In this document: piece after piece, positions 11,945 through 24,137 of the stretch | Layout: each line of letters begins with the position of its first letter | Position numbering within the stretch: position 1 is the stretch's first letter | Assembly: GCA_010093605.1 (NCBI GenBank) | Contig: MU004181.1 | Span: 248,001-312,000 of the forward strand | DNA: 64,000 nt | DNA from: Lophium mytilinum | Lineage: Eukaryota | Reading direction: 5' to 3' | Position numbers and translations under genes: made by a program | The notes under the pieces: model-generated | The model's database searches: none | Told to the model about the DNA's origin: nothing | Seen by the model: the letters and a program-made list of their open reading frames with translations, nothing else

Positions 11945-13123
11945 ATGGAAGCACCGCCCTCTTCCTCTTTGCTCGAAACCTCCTGCCTGTGGTTGCCGTC
12001 ATCTACAGCAAGTGGATCGTGGATGTCGAGAGAGAGCTGAAAATGGCTGTGAATAGAATCTACAACCGGTTGGTCCGATTCTTGGATCCTCCAAGGGTGA
12101 GTCATAGTCTAGCTACTTATTGAACCCTGTGCTGACTGCTCATCTAGCCTGCCATGTTCGAAGACCTTCCCGCCGAGATTGTCCTCAAAGCCTTGGAGCT
12201 CCTCTTCTTGCTCAAAATGGCCACCTACGTCGGCCCGGGAGAAAACGCGAACGATATCTCCTTGGACCTCGAGTCTCCACGACCGTTGATACTCCGCCAG
12301 CTCGTCAAAGCCCTCCCTTACCTTCAGATAGATTCTACTACCCGCTCGCTCTTGCTGGACAGCGTCGTAGCTCTGAGTCGCTGGACAACCCACAGCCTCC
12401 CAAATTTCCTCTAATACACGACCAACCTCTTTAATCTCAGCCTCCGTCATCTGCGCCACGTCACGCTCGCCGTACCCGCCAACGTCGACCTGAGCGCCGC
12501 CAAAAAAAAGTCTTGCCGCGCTGCAAGAGGCGCTAGATCTACAACCGTTTGTCATTCACGGCACGGTGTGCGCGGACACCCAAGACACTCCCACTGTGCC
12601 CATAACCCCGAGAAGCAAAGTCCTCGACATCTTCGCTTCCGCCCAGTACGACAAGGACAGGTGGACTGGAGAGCCCCTCCTCCAGCTGCAGTCCGACGCT
12701 CATAGATGCACTTTGAGATCCGAGGCCAAGAAGAGGCGAGGAAACTTGGATGATGCGACGAGGAGGAGGCTGCGCCGTCGAGCCAAGCAGGTTGACATCG
12801 ACTTCGCCGGGAAGCGGAGGGCGCAGATTCAGTGGAGGGCGGCGCGGTTGGGTGGGTTCGGGGCAGTGGATGCGACTGTTGGGCTGCCGCCGGCGCTCCG
12901 AGTGGGGACGCAGATGCCCAAAGAGAGAGGTGCGAATTGCATTTCCTGGAGCGCTTTCGGGGGTGTCAGTCCTGTTTGGGCGGACATCACGGTGAATAGA
13001 TTCCGCACTTGTGAATTGAACCCATTTGACAACGAGCTGAATATACTCATAATGAATGAAGTTACTACTGAGTGGTGCAAAGTATACTTGATGAAACTCG
13101 TGAAACGTAAATGTCAGAAATGA
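11945..13123 (+). pseudogene. F-box/2EXR-like gene, disrupted
   Basis: Phase-0 intron 12097-12147 (GTGAGT..GCTGAC..TAG) followed by PAMFEDLPAEIVLKALE; premature TAA at 12412-12414; a frameshift in the A-run near 12502-12509 links it to ORF 12566..13123. Confidence 0.7.
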
Positions 13124-13607
13124 GGTTGTGATCGCTCTGGAAGGCGCACAACGTTGAAGTGTTTCAGGGCGGCCCAGTCACGTGATTGCTACCAAAGAAC
13201 GGCCGATCCGCAGGCCGTGATTCTCAACAGCGTTGGAACCACATCCCTATGCGCGCCTCCTTCTAGCCATTCTTCTTTGATATACGCTCGGCCCTTTAAT
13301 TTCGTGCGATGCCCCATAGTCGCTGTCGCGCGGCTGCCAACGGCAGAGGTTTCCCAAACAACCATCCGCATTCGCAAAGGCATGTGACGGCGGGGACGGT
13401 TTCTGGGAGATGGTCGCTGCTCTGCGTCATGAGTGGCGAGGCAAGCGAAAGTGGGGCGCCATTTGACAGGGGTTATGACTCTCAATTTGATATCGCGAAC
13501 TTTGACGCCAGATTCAAATTCGACAGCCGATTCAACACCTCGACACGCATACCAAACTCAGCCACTCCGCACCCAGATTGTATCACCACTCTTCAAAGCC
13601 AAGAATT

Positions 13608-14499
13608 ATGGCTCAACCTGCGACCCTCCAGCAAAACCGCACGCTCATGGCCGCCGCGATGCTGCCTCGCATGGTACGTAAGATCTTCCGACGTGAAGCG
13701 GACCTGCAACTAACATGGCCGTCAGGTGCAGCTTCCCGGACGCCAGCTTCCCTACCGACAGCTCGCTGTCATAGCATTCGTCATCAGCAAGATGACTACC
13801 TTCACGAAAGAGATCTCCTTCGGCACCTGGCCTGGCTCGATAATGGGCTTCTCGCTCGGCTTTGGGTCCCGTATCCCAGGGAAGATCTGGGCCTCGTTAC
13901 CGCTACTCCACGTCTGCTCTTACATTCGCGGCGTCGTCCTTCCCAAAATCCTCTCCAACAACCGGTTCAAGGCCTGTGGCCTTGATGCCTACGGGTTCTT
14001 CTGCGGACAACTACCAACTCCATTGCTTCCATTTCTCCACCACGTCACCATTTCCGTCCAAAATAGCATCAACTATCTCCGGGACCGAGGCGGCTTGGGA
14101 GCATTGAAGCAGTACAATGGACTCAGGTCACTCACCTTCGTGCTGGAGCCCATACTTCCCGAGCCGATGGATACCACCTGTGGACGATATTCGAGAGAGA
14201 TACTAGACGCACTACGGACCATCTTCTTCGACAGGGAACTTGCTACGGCGGAACCTATCGTGGCCCTCTCCATTACTGGCAACGTAGCGACGTTTGCAAC
14301 CGGAACACTCCTCCTCGAGGCTGTGAGCACGGAGCCGGAGGATCGAGATCCTGAGACCACCGCCCGCCTGATTGCCCCCATTCGTCTCATCCTGCAATCA
14401 AGGGCACGCAATGAGTTGTTCAGAGCGGAGCGCAAGCAGGCGATCGCGGACCGACGCCAGTGGATGAGTGCCAATGGTGTCCCGTTTCCCTCTCTTTGA
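13608..14499 (+). CDS. Hypothetical protein, 279 aa, exons 13608-13673 and 13726-14499; weakly similar to the 11945 pseudogene
   Basis: ATG exon MAQPATLQQNRTLMAAAMLPRM, phase-0 intron GTACGT..ACTAAC..CAG, then the 257-aa ORF; FLHHVTISV parallels LRHVTLAV in the neighbour. Confidence 0.8.
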
Positions 14500-15022
14500 A
14501 CCTTTGGTCTTCCTTTTTCCCCGGCTTCGCCCGCGTCGACTAGTTCGGATTGGATCTAATTGACCACTCGAGCTTGCAGATTCCTACTCTTCCTGCTGAA
14601 ACTCGAGGTGTTTGTTGCCCTTGGTGGCCTGGCCAGGAGGTATCTGCGAGAACATCGGGTTGCAGAACCGGAGAATAGGCTCAATTAAACTGCTGTCTTT
14701 TCTCACGCTGGACAGGGATATAAATCATCATGCTTGTGTCAATGGTTCATGTGCTGTGCAACATTTGGCGGGTAAGTGTAAGCCTAGCATGCTAACAGGC
14801 GTATAATCTAGCGGAGTCTGGACACGTCTAGGGTTTTTATAACAACAGTCTCCACCATCCGTCGAAGCCATCAAACCCATCCCGTTTCGCTCGAATCTTC
14901 CTTCGCCTGCCAAACATTCCAACTGGATGACAACAAACACCTGTACGGTTAGATAATACCCGCCAAAGCTACTTATAAGTAGCCCCTTAGATCCCACCTA
15001 CCAAAGCTTCATCCAAGACACA

Positions 15023-15782
15023 ATGACTGCTTTAGTAAGTTTCTCGACCCTTTCACTAGCGGAAGAGATCTTGCTGTCAATGAATTCCATTTTCTAACCG
15101 GCATTGCAGGCTTCTCTCAACACCATGCGCTGCGTGGCACGACGTTCCTTCTGCTACGTAAGCATGGAGCCCATCCCAGCCGTATGTCCATATCTGCCCC
15201 CACTCGCGGCCAGCTGCATGGCTAACATAAACTGCCTAAACTAAGCAAGGAGACTTCATGGGGCTAAACGCCTTTTATCCAGACATCATCCTCCAAATGC
15301 GCCTCTTTCCCAATTTTCAGATCCTCTACTGCAGTGACGGCGGCTTGACCGGTCTCCTGAATAGAGTCTGGATGATACCACCTGCGTACTGGACCCAGAT
15401 CTTCGGTCTAGTGGTCGCGGAAGGATTGGGAGCACCACCGCATGTACATGATGCGCTTATGGATCACGTTCTATGGCTTCCCAATCTCAGCTTCATTGTG
15501 ATCACCGAGACGGCTACCAATCCGTTAATGTATCGCGCAATAGTTGCGGAAATTCAGGATTCCTTAGCGGCTCGACTGGATCGGTTTAGACAACACCCCC
15601 GGATTTTGTCAGGACAGGTCAAGATTCTATTCATCGCCAACGAGCTCCACATTGATCGATGGCGAGCTCTCGTTGACGCGCAGCGCGCAGCAGGCATGCA
15701 AATCGTGGGCGCTCCTTCGGCCGCTCTTGCTCAAGAGCAGAAGTGGCTCGAGCAGCGTTGGTGGAACATATTCCCGCACTAG
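15023..15782 (+). CDS. Hypothetical protein, about 198 aa, exons 15023-15034, 15110-15157 and 15246-15782
   Basis: Two phase-0 introns (GTAAGT..CTAAC..CAG; GTAAGC..GCTAAC..AAG) join ATG ACT GCT TTA in frame to ORF 15258..15782. Confidence 0.7.
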
Positions 15783-16283
15783 AAAGGCGCAGTGACACTA
15801 CTACTCCCAACATAGCGTGACTGCGTACATACTCCGGAGGCTTAGCATTTATCAAAAGGTCCGAAACCAGAGACTCTTTACTACCAATGTTTGCTTTTGC
15901 CATAGGAATGGCGTTCCGAGTGCTACATGTTACAAACAGCTTTTGTAGGAAAATATCTTCATGACCCTCATTCTTGACGTCGGCGTAGCAATACCATTAT
16001 AGTATAACGTGAAATGCTCAAATATCAGAACGTCAAACTCAAGCTAGATAATGCTCGACAAAGCGCATGCTCGCCAGGCTGTGCCTCCCCGTCAATTGCA
16101 TCTTCTCAGCACTACATCCCGGTCTATGGGTCATGTTGGCATTGTTGGGACGGCGATGTCTCCGATGCCTAATATTATAATAAACTATTCCCCCAGAACA
16201 CGAAAGCTCAAGCACCGCCTTCCCGCCTCCACCAACCCACAAACAATCTCCAAATACCCACAACCAAACCATCAACCATCAAA

Positions 16284-16574
16284 ATGACCACGCCGCGCCG
16301 CTCCGCCCCCTCCACCCCCTCCACCCCCTCCGAGAATGGCACCCTCGGTGGCGCCGAAGTGGTTCTGCACCCTGTGGCGGTTCTTGTGCCCGGAGAGACG
16401 GATGCCCGTCTGTACCTCGTCCCCGGCGCCGGTTCCGGCGATTTCGAAATGTATGTTCAAATGTGGAAGACTTCGCGTTTTACATGTATTCATGACGCTC
16501 GTAGTGCTGCTGTTCTTTTGCTCGCTGCTCGCGGAGCGGAGGCCGTCGTGGTTGTTGTTGTCGAATCTTCCTGA
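16284..16574 (+). CDS. Possible small protein (about 78 aa if intron 16451-16504 is removed)
   Basis: CAAAATGACC start context, GC-rich codons, and an in-frame 54-nt GTATGT..TAG intron candidate. Confidence 0.4.
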   Translation: MTTPRRSAPSTPSTPSENGTLGGAEVVLHPVAVLVPGETDARLYLVPGAGSGDFEMYVQMWKTSRFTCIHDARSAAVLLLAARGAEAVVVVVVESS

Positions 16575-17821
16575 ATTTGGGGACGATTAGGGGAGTGAGG
16601 GTGGCGTTCGGATTGCGGTGTCGTGGTGGGGAGATGGACTGGGCGTGGTAGATTTAGCTGTTCTTTTCCTAAGTGCTGCATAAAGGTTCAAATCAAAGCC
16701 TTTTACGTCTTCCATTGCTGTTCGTATGCCGGTGTTTGGGGTGCCTCAGTGACGGTTTTTGAATCTGGATGGATGTAGTGGCTGCAGTTGCGAATCTTAC
16801 GCTGCGTTTCAAGAACTCTGGGATGTGAGACGTTAACAGGAAGTGATATATATAGTGTTGATTTCAAGGCATTCGAAATCGTTCATTGCGCATATATGCC
16901 ACCGTGTGAGGTGCCTTGGTAGATTCTCTAGGTCCAGAGCAAACTGCCATAGACGTAGCCCCAAAATCTGTGCTTCGTCAAAAACGGCCTGAGATTCAAA
17001 GATTGGGAGAAGACATCTCCGTAGCTTCAGATCTGACCCCTCTAATCTTTCTATATCCGGATACGTCGCTGTTTGAGGTGCCCCGGTAGCCGGTCTTCTT
17101 TCTAGATGAAGTGCAATTGCCGACGCTGCAGAATCTGACCTGTGTTGAAGGGATCCCGGAATGCCAGGCTACGGAACAAAGAGAGTTCCTAGAGGTTCAG
17201 CTCGTTGCTTTGTATTGGCTATTGCATTTATATACTGCCGTATGAGGTTCCCTGTAAGTGTCAAGACGTTTTGATGGGAAGTGCCTTGCCAGAATGGCCA
17301 AATCTAAGCATTCTTAGAAGGTTTCTTGAACGACGACTTTGTGAGAGAGACAATGCCCTACCAAGTCAACTCGTTACCCCATTCACCTTCTAATGCACTC
17401 TTAAGTCACCGCTTGAGGCGCCCGCGTATACGTCAAGCTGGCTAGGTGAGGTTTACCGTGCGACAGACGAAAGGTCTGAAACGAGGATGGAGGATTCGAC
17501 GCTGTCGTAGTGCATCACATTCAATTCTAGTCGACATTCTGAGCATTCCGTGAACGTTGCACCTCTGTTGCGTTCCAGACGCGTCACTGTCGTTCGTTCG
17601 GCCCGATCACGTGTCAGTCGTGGCGTCTTCGCTTCTTATCACCCACCAGCAATTTCTCACTTTCGTCTCTCCTCCTTCATCTACAACCCCTTGCTTCTTC
17701 TCTTTTCCTTCATCTGCACTCCATCACTTCTTCATCACCTGTCGCTCTGCGTGTGGTGGGCATGCCAGACCGCGCATTCACTGAAGAAGCTTGCATATGC
17801 CCCTCACTCATCTTTCCTCTT

Positions 17822-18165
17822 GATGGTTCAGGCCGCAAAGTCGGGAAAGGTACGGCTGAAGTTCATCGCGCCATTCGAGTCCGCAAGATTTTACTAAGAA
17901 CGGTTATCAGTACTCCTCTCGCCGATCAAGCGCGTCTTCAAGTTTCTACAAACTGCTCAAACCACCTTCAAGCTTCCATAATCCCGCCAACACGACTCGA
18001 TTCGGATACAAATGCAACCCCGCGTCAGAGCAGAGGCCGTGATCAGGATGTAAAGCCTAAGAACGATGTTCACTGCCCCTCTAAGCATTCGATGGGTTGA
18101 TGGATGAGTCTACAAGCATTGTTATTGACGATGCGGTCGAGAGGATGCGAACAACGAGGACGGAG
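17822..18165 (+). pseudogene. SME1: Small nuclear ribonucleoprotein SmE pseudogene
   Basis: GSGRKVGK, intron 17850-17910, then VLLSPIKRVFKFLQ (SmE VLLPPINFIFKLLQ), RVRAEAVIR (IRIEGKIR) and DESTSIVIDDAVE (DEFMNLVIDDAVE), in the native order but with broken frames. Confidence 0.75.
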
Positions 18166-20485
18166 TATGGTTTTGGAAGTACTGTTTTCCATACTCGCTT
18201 TTACATCGCTGACCTTTCTACAAGCACCTTGTAATAGGCACTTGAAGCATCTGCGCGATCGATGGGCCGGGTCGCTGGGTCCGGCATTCGATAAGGTTAG
18301 CCTTCTCAGCTCTCAGCTTCTACTGTAGATACCGAAGCTCTCTTCCTTTCTCAACTGCTCCTCCTTCTCCCTACTACTTCCTTCCTCGTGCTCTCTTTTC
18401 TGCGGTGACCCCACTCCACGGCTCGTTACAATCGACAAGACCTCCTCGAGAGCTTGTGGAAGAGACGCCGGCCAAGATCAAAACTCCTCACATCCACGGT
18501 CCTCGTGGCTGTGCAGGATTGGGTTCAAACAGATTCGCGCCGCTTTTCTCATAGCGTAAGCCATATCACGCACTGGCTCCAGTCCGTCCAAAGGGGCAGC
18601 TGGGGTAATGGCTAGTGATCGTCTACTCTGGCGGACCGGGGGAAGTGCGCATCCGAAGTCCAGAGTAGTACGAGGTTTGTTTGGCTCATACATATAATGC
18701 AGACTTTTAGGGTCTCTTTGAATAATGATACTATGCTTTTACCTTTGTCCATTTTGACTCATGCCGTGCCTTCGACGTCCTGTGTGTCCTTTGCTTTGCG
18801 AGAGTTGCGCTTGACCCTCCCAGTTCATGCACACGCAGACCTACAAAGTTGAGAACATCCCTAACGCCCTACCCTGACAATCACTGGATACCTCCTCACG
18901 GATTGCAATCGCGAACGCGCACTCAAAGACCGTCCATCGGTCACGTCTCCTCGCCGAGCTCCGTGATACCGATCTCTACAGTCCGGAAGCGTTTTCATAT
19001 GCCTGTAGCAAGTCCGCTACCTCCAGATCCGCGATACGCTGGCCCGCCACATTTCCGGCACGAGCGCTAACTCTGACGTCGCCTCCTCATCGTTACCACG
19101 ACAGCCCACCCCATTCTCCCACCCCTCAGAGTCCAAGCCCTCGTCCCTACCGGCCCAAGGATGGCCTTTGGTAGCCGCCGCGCGGGACGCCGTTCACCCA
19201 GCCGGCGAGTCCGCCGTCATCCTTCCACCCCCGTCCCAACCGTCTTGGGAATGGCCTAACATAGGCCTTGCCCGCGACCGCGATCATCAAGCCGGTTAGT
19301 GCGCCCGTGTGTTCCGACTCTTCGTTCCCACCGTCCTAGGAACGTTCTAACATAAGGCACGCTCATGACGACGATCATCAAGCCAGCGAGTACACCCCCC
19401 ATCTTCCACCGCAACGCTGCCAGGGCTCTGCAGTACACCCGCGCTGTCTGGCTCTCACCGACTTCGGATGTGCCGTTGAAAGGGTGGGACGCCATGAGTA
19501 TCCGTCTCCTCGCCGTTAGCGTTCTCAGCCTCGGGGAGAATCAACAGCGGGTTGTTGCTTCAAACACGGACCTGGACGATGGGGCTCGCAATCACGTTTG
19601 CGAGGCGTAAGTATCATGCTTGCGAAGATGCAGTGGGTGCCGGGCTTCGCAGACTCTTCTGCACCGCCCTTTCGCATTCCCATAGACTAAAAAGCGTAAC
19701 AAGTGTGTGTGGAATGACAACCTGCCAGAGCATCAGGGAAACCTTGCCGTTAGGCCCCACACTCAGTTTCTCAATCATGGTAGCTGCAGAGCAGCCAGAA
19801 AGGCCCCGTAGCGGTGGCCGTTGTCTCCGGCGATGAGGCTGTGGCTGGGTGAAAGTAATGGAAGAGGGTGGCAAGACGGAGATGTCGGGTACTCCTACTA
19901 GGCCCTCAAGGCTGGCAAAGAACGACGTGGTTACATGATTAGATGGGGAAGCATGAAGAGGTTCTTTGGTTTACAGAATACAGAGCAACTCTGCTGGCTG
20001 GTAAGTTTGACTTCGCGCATAATTGCATCGTGCCACATTCATATGCCTTGTTCTCATGTCAAGGGCCACTTGTCCACATCTTGTAGCTACATAGTATCGC
20101 CAACAACCCGAAGGACACTGAAGCTGGTATTCAAGCTGAGATCTGTGAAGGCACGTTTGCGGGGGCCTCGGACACTTCACTGCTGCGCTTCTCATCACGC
20201 CAGCGCCACTTACAAGCCCACACCCCCAATCTTCACTATCAAGACACGCCCCACAGTGGCAGTGCACTAGGCAGCAGCCTGCTCCCTATCGCCGCTGGAG
20301 TGGCTGCGTTGACGCTAAGGCGCTAGTGTGAGCGGGGCTACAAAAAGACTTCGCTGGCCCTTCGCAACCAACCTTCCTACAACATCACGACACAACTGGG
20401 CTCGGTACCCCCGGGGTATCTACTGCCTTTTTGCAGTTGGTTATTGTTTGTTTTGTTTCTTGTGAGGCTCGGGAGAGCCCACAAG

Positions 20486-20750
20486 GTACGTACACCCATG
20501 ATTTGTTGGACGCAAACACTGACGAGCTTTCAGAGACTGCTGGTGGCGCCAGCGCCCTAGACGACACTGATGTCGTCGGCGTCAACTTCAGCAACTACTC
20601 ACGAGACTCGCTCACGCGGAAGCTTGCCCGGACCGATGACCCCCCAGCCGCCAAGGCCGAACGCAAGCCAGCACAAGTCAAGCTTCTCCCACCCAGGTCT
20701 GCGCGTCACAGTATTTTTTGAAGCGTGGAATGGGATCTGCTGGCGGTACG
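20486..20750 (+). pseudogene. pad-1: RBM39/Pad-1 linker exon fragment
   Basis: After intron 20486-20533: AGGASALDDTDVVGVNFSNYSRDSLTRKLARTDDP, the conserved RBM39 linker motif; TGA at 20719-20721. Confidence 0.88.
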
Positions 20751-20894
20751 TGTTCTTGTTCTTCACTCTTTCCAGTCCATCTTCCTCACCTCCGCCACAC
20801 ACTGCTGCTGGCTGTGCTATCGAAAACAGTCTGTAGCACGTCGCGACGGTGAGGCGGGATGGCTTCACTTCTTCAGCATGCTGACAGTCCACAG

Positions 20895-21270
20895 GCTTCC
20901 GGCACCGTCAGCGGGGTCCCCTTCCATCGTCTCTACGTGGGCAATGTTCACTTCAGCATCACGGAGGCCGACTTAACCACTGTGTTCGTGCCCTTCGGCG
21001 AGCTCGAGTTCGTCCAGCTGCAAAAGGAGGAGAATGGACGTAGCCGGGGCTACGGATTCGTGCAGTTTGTAGTCCTCTCCCTGTTCAGCTTGCTTTATTA
21101 ACTATCTAGATTCCACGACCCAATCTAGGCCAAAGAAGCACTGGAGAAGATGAACGGCTTCGAGCTTGCCGGCCGCCCAATTCGCGTTGGCCTTGGCAAC
21201 GACAAGTTTACCCCATGATGTTGCTGGCGGCAACTTCGAGCGCACCGGAGGAGGAGATCGGCCCGGACGG
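20895..21270 (+). pseudogene. pad-1: RBM39/Pad-1 RRM2 fragment with retained intron and nonsense codons
   Basis: VPFHRLYVGNVHFSITEADLTTVFVPFGELEFVQLQKEENGRSRGYGFVQ, intron 21065-21109, [34 protein letters not shown], then AGGNFERTGG. Confidence 0.92.
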
Positions 21271-21829
21271 AGGACGCGGGGAGAATGAGGGTTACATGAT
21301 GAGGGAGTAGGCAGATTGCGGGAGTGGTCCTGAAGCTGGCTGTATCGTGTTTTTAAAAACTTTAAACTTTCGACAACATCCTCGCCTAAATCTATGAAGT
21401 GACCATCGCATCCACATCGCTGTTCTCAATTATTGATGCCGTGATTCTCGCATCTTTTGCGGGCTTTCAATGTCTCGATGGAGTGCAGGTCCAACCTTGT
21501 GGAATACTTCGCGTGGCGCGTCAACAAACTTTCCCACCTTCTTGTCTTCGCGCCTCCCCACCCTTCCTCTCCACCATCCTTTCTCTCTACTAGCCTACTC
21601 TCAGCTTTTTCCTCACCATTCTTTGTCAGCCCTCTACCAGCTGGATCCGTTAGGCCAACTTTCCAGCTTCCCCATCTTCTGTTAACCCCCGGGTGCGGAA
21701 AATCCTTCAATCCATCCTGCTGCTGATTTGCGGCGGAAAACAGAAGGGGACGGTAATATCAACGAGGAGGTTGACTTCGAAAACGCGAGACTTGTACGTG
21801 TTGCCATCGACAACCCCGCGAGTGTTCTA

Positions 21830-22777
21830 TCCCGTCTCTATTCTCCTTACTGTCCGCTGACATGATCTTCAGGGCCCTTTCCAACCCAGCCAACCTCAAA
21901 CGAATTCGACGACCCTTCTATACCTCGTATGCCTATAAACTACAGAATTCCAATGGGCAGCTGGAGGGCTATATTCATCCCGTCGGATGGACCGGTAGGG
22001 TCGATAGCGAGGAGATGGCTGCCATAGTTGTCACGGAATGTACCGTGGGCGAATCACCCTGCATATCAAGGACGCATCGAGAACGTGGACGTTCAAATCA
22101 GGAAGATCCGAAGCCATCTTTTCTGGCCGTTTCATAACCTCGCGCACCCCGAAAAGGTTCGCGTCGACTGCGGTGTCTGGAACAAGAAGAAGTCGGCACA
22201 GCGACTCGGAAACGATTCTGTACCGAGGCCGTCCCCGTGTGCAACTGCTACGAGTCCCCGATATAGGACCTGGCCACGAATACTACCCATCTCTTGAATC
22301 TGGGCACCGACAACTGCCAGAACTGCCAGCGAGAAGCTGCTTTTGCGCGATCGTCAGCTTTCATAACAGTCTTGCTATCTAGATAGGTTTGCCCGCAACG
22401 ACTGCGCCTACTCCTGCCATGATCGCCGGCCACACTGCAAGCGCCACGACCGAGACAGAATTCTGGGCTAAGCTTGGGGATCCACCAAACCTAGAGATGA
22501 AGCAAGCCGTCAAAGTCGTGGTACTGGACGTGAGGTTCCAAAACGCCCTCCTCCAACGCGGTCTTTGGTAACCACCTTGGGGCAGAGGAAGACGGATAAG
22601 CTCCGATTCTTGTTGGGAAGCAAAGGACAAGCCGCCGATGGGGTGAGTACTTGGCAGGCCAAGAGGAAGGAACAGGTCAACCGCGACGATGCCATCGCTA
22701 ACGGCGGGATAGCCACGAGCGTGCCACTCTGCAATCCCGTCATCGCGATTGAGCTCATGGCCGTAGTGTTGGGGTAA
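21830..22777 (+). pseudogene. Heavily decayed gene, possibly F-box/2EXR-like
   Basis: PSLFSLLSADMIFRAL resembles FEDLPAEIVLKAL; successive protein-like ORFs in shifted frames (21862, 22028, 22389, 22565). Confidence 0.35.
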
Positions 22778-23063
22778 TGGCCGCGTCCTTCGCGCTCCCG
22801 GAAACACGGATGTCACCGACTTCGGTCTGGAGAAGTTCGGGTCATGAGGCTCGCGCCCTCGCCCTGTGCCGCTGGAGGAATGGACGTGAAGCAGCTAGAA
22901 ATTTGATCAACTATCCGCCGTTGGAACTACCTGCGACCGCCTCGACCTGCAACCTCCCTACAGCACCGGCTCCTACGAAGAATAAGAATGTCCTGGCATC
23001 AGAATAAGACTCCGTGAGCTCAAGCACTAGATCACCCCGAAGCTCGAAGAAGTGTAAGATCCC

Positions 23064-24137
23064 CTCGTCCGGCTACTTCGAAGAGTACTTACCGGATGTT
23101 TAGCTCAGATGCAGATTCTGAAGTCCTGGCCGACTGCATCCTCGCGCTTGTGCGCAACGAAGGCCATGATCACCATATCGAATACACTGTCATACTGACT
23201 TGCCGTCCTTCCTCCTTGACAGTAAGAGGCTCACTGAAGGCATTGGCCAAGGGAATATGGCTGACCTCGCCCTAGATACCGCTCGAATGTCTCGTCCTGC
23301 TCGAAGCCCACGTACTATGAGGGAAGGTCTAAGGAGCTCTACGAGGCTGGCTCAATAGCTACGGCCGGAGAGCTAGCCATGAACATGTCCACGACTTCCC
23401 AGTCTCTCCATGGTGCGTCCCAAACTGCGCGCTTTACAGATCAGACATCACCGTGAGCTACCACGTGGCTTTTCAAAATATGCTACCGAAGAGGTTAGAC
23501 CTCAAAGATCTCGAATTGAACGACCCATTCCGGCACGGCGGATCTGGTGCGAATGAGGATACTGAGCCGTCGACATCCTTTAGGCACCATTCTGGCCAAT
23601 AGATCCGTGTACGACGCCACACAATAGCAGTCGTAGGGGTAGTTTCATCCCTCAGAATCAGCACCTGCAGCTGGCAACTCAAAATCTCGAGCTTGACCGC
23701 GTCGGTCGTCCCTAGATCGATAGAATTGCAGCCCTAGAGGCCAAAGTTGGCTGCATGGATTCGGCTTACTGGGAAGAAGATTGGAAACGGAATATGCTGA
23801 GGTGACTTTAAGGATCCTATGCTGGCTTCCCCGTGGATTGAGTACTCCGGGTCGCGAGCACGTTCGCCGTATCGAACATGTCGAACATGCCCATGATGCC
23901 CACTGCTCCACCCGACTTTTCGCTTTTCGACCCCAACGATCCTATGGCGGTATTGATGATTATGCATGCGATGGGCTTTTCGGTCCAAGGCATGTAACAA
24001 ACGCCTCATCCTAGCTCTTCTCCGGCAGTGGTCCTCCCGGTTCCCCTATACAGATGCTACATGTACCCAAGAACGAGAGGTGCAGTGACTACGATACTAG
24101 GAGCTTCGGTGTCTACGATAGCGTCTGGCCATACTAG
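23064..24137 (+). pseudogene. RBM26/27-like (PWI + CCCH zinc finger) pseudogene, 5' part only
   Basis: PWI-like SDADSEVLADCILALVRNE..DLPSFL (23105-23221), MPMMPTAPPDFSLFDPNDPMAVLMIMHAMGF (23887-23979), and a decayed CCCH finger RCSDYDTRSFGVYDSVWPY* (24078-24137; cf. RCRDYDTKGFC..G..CPY.HG), in native order. Confidence 0.8.

Noticed and set aside
22046..22075. NHPAYQ as a third SPF30 fragment
   Set aside because: Only six residues match and the flanks do not resemble SPF30.
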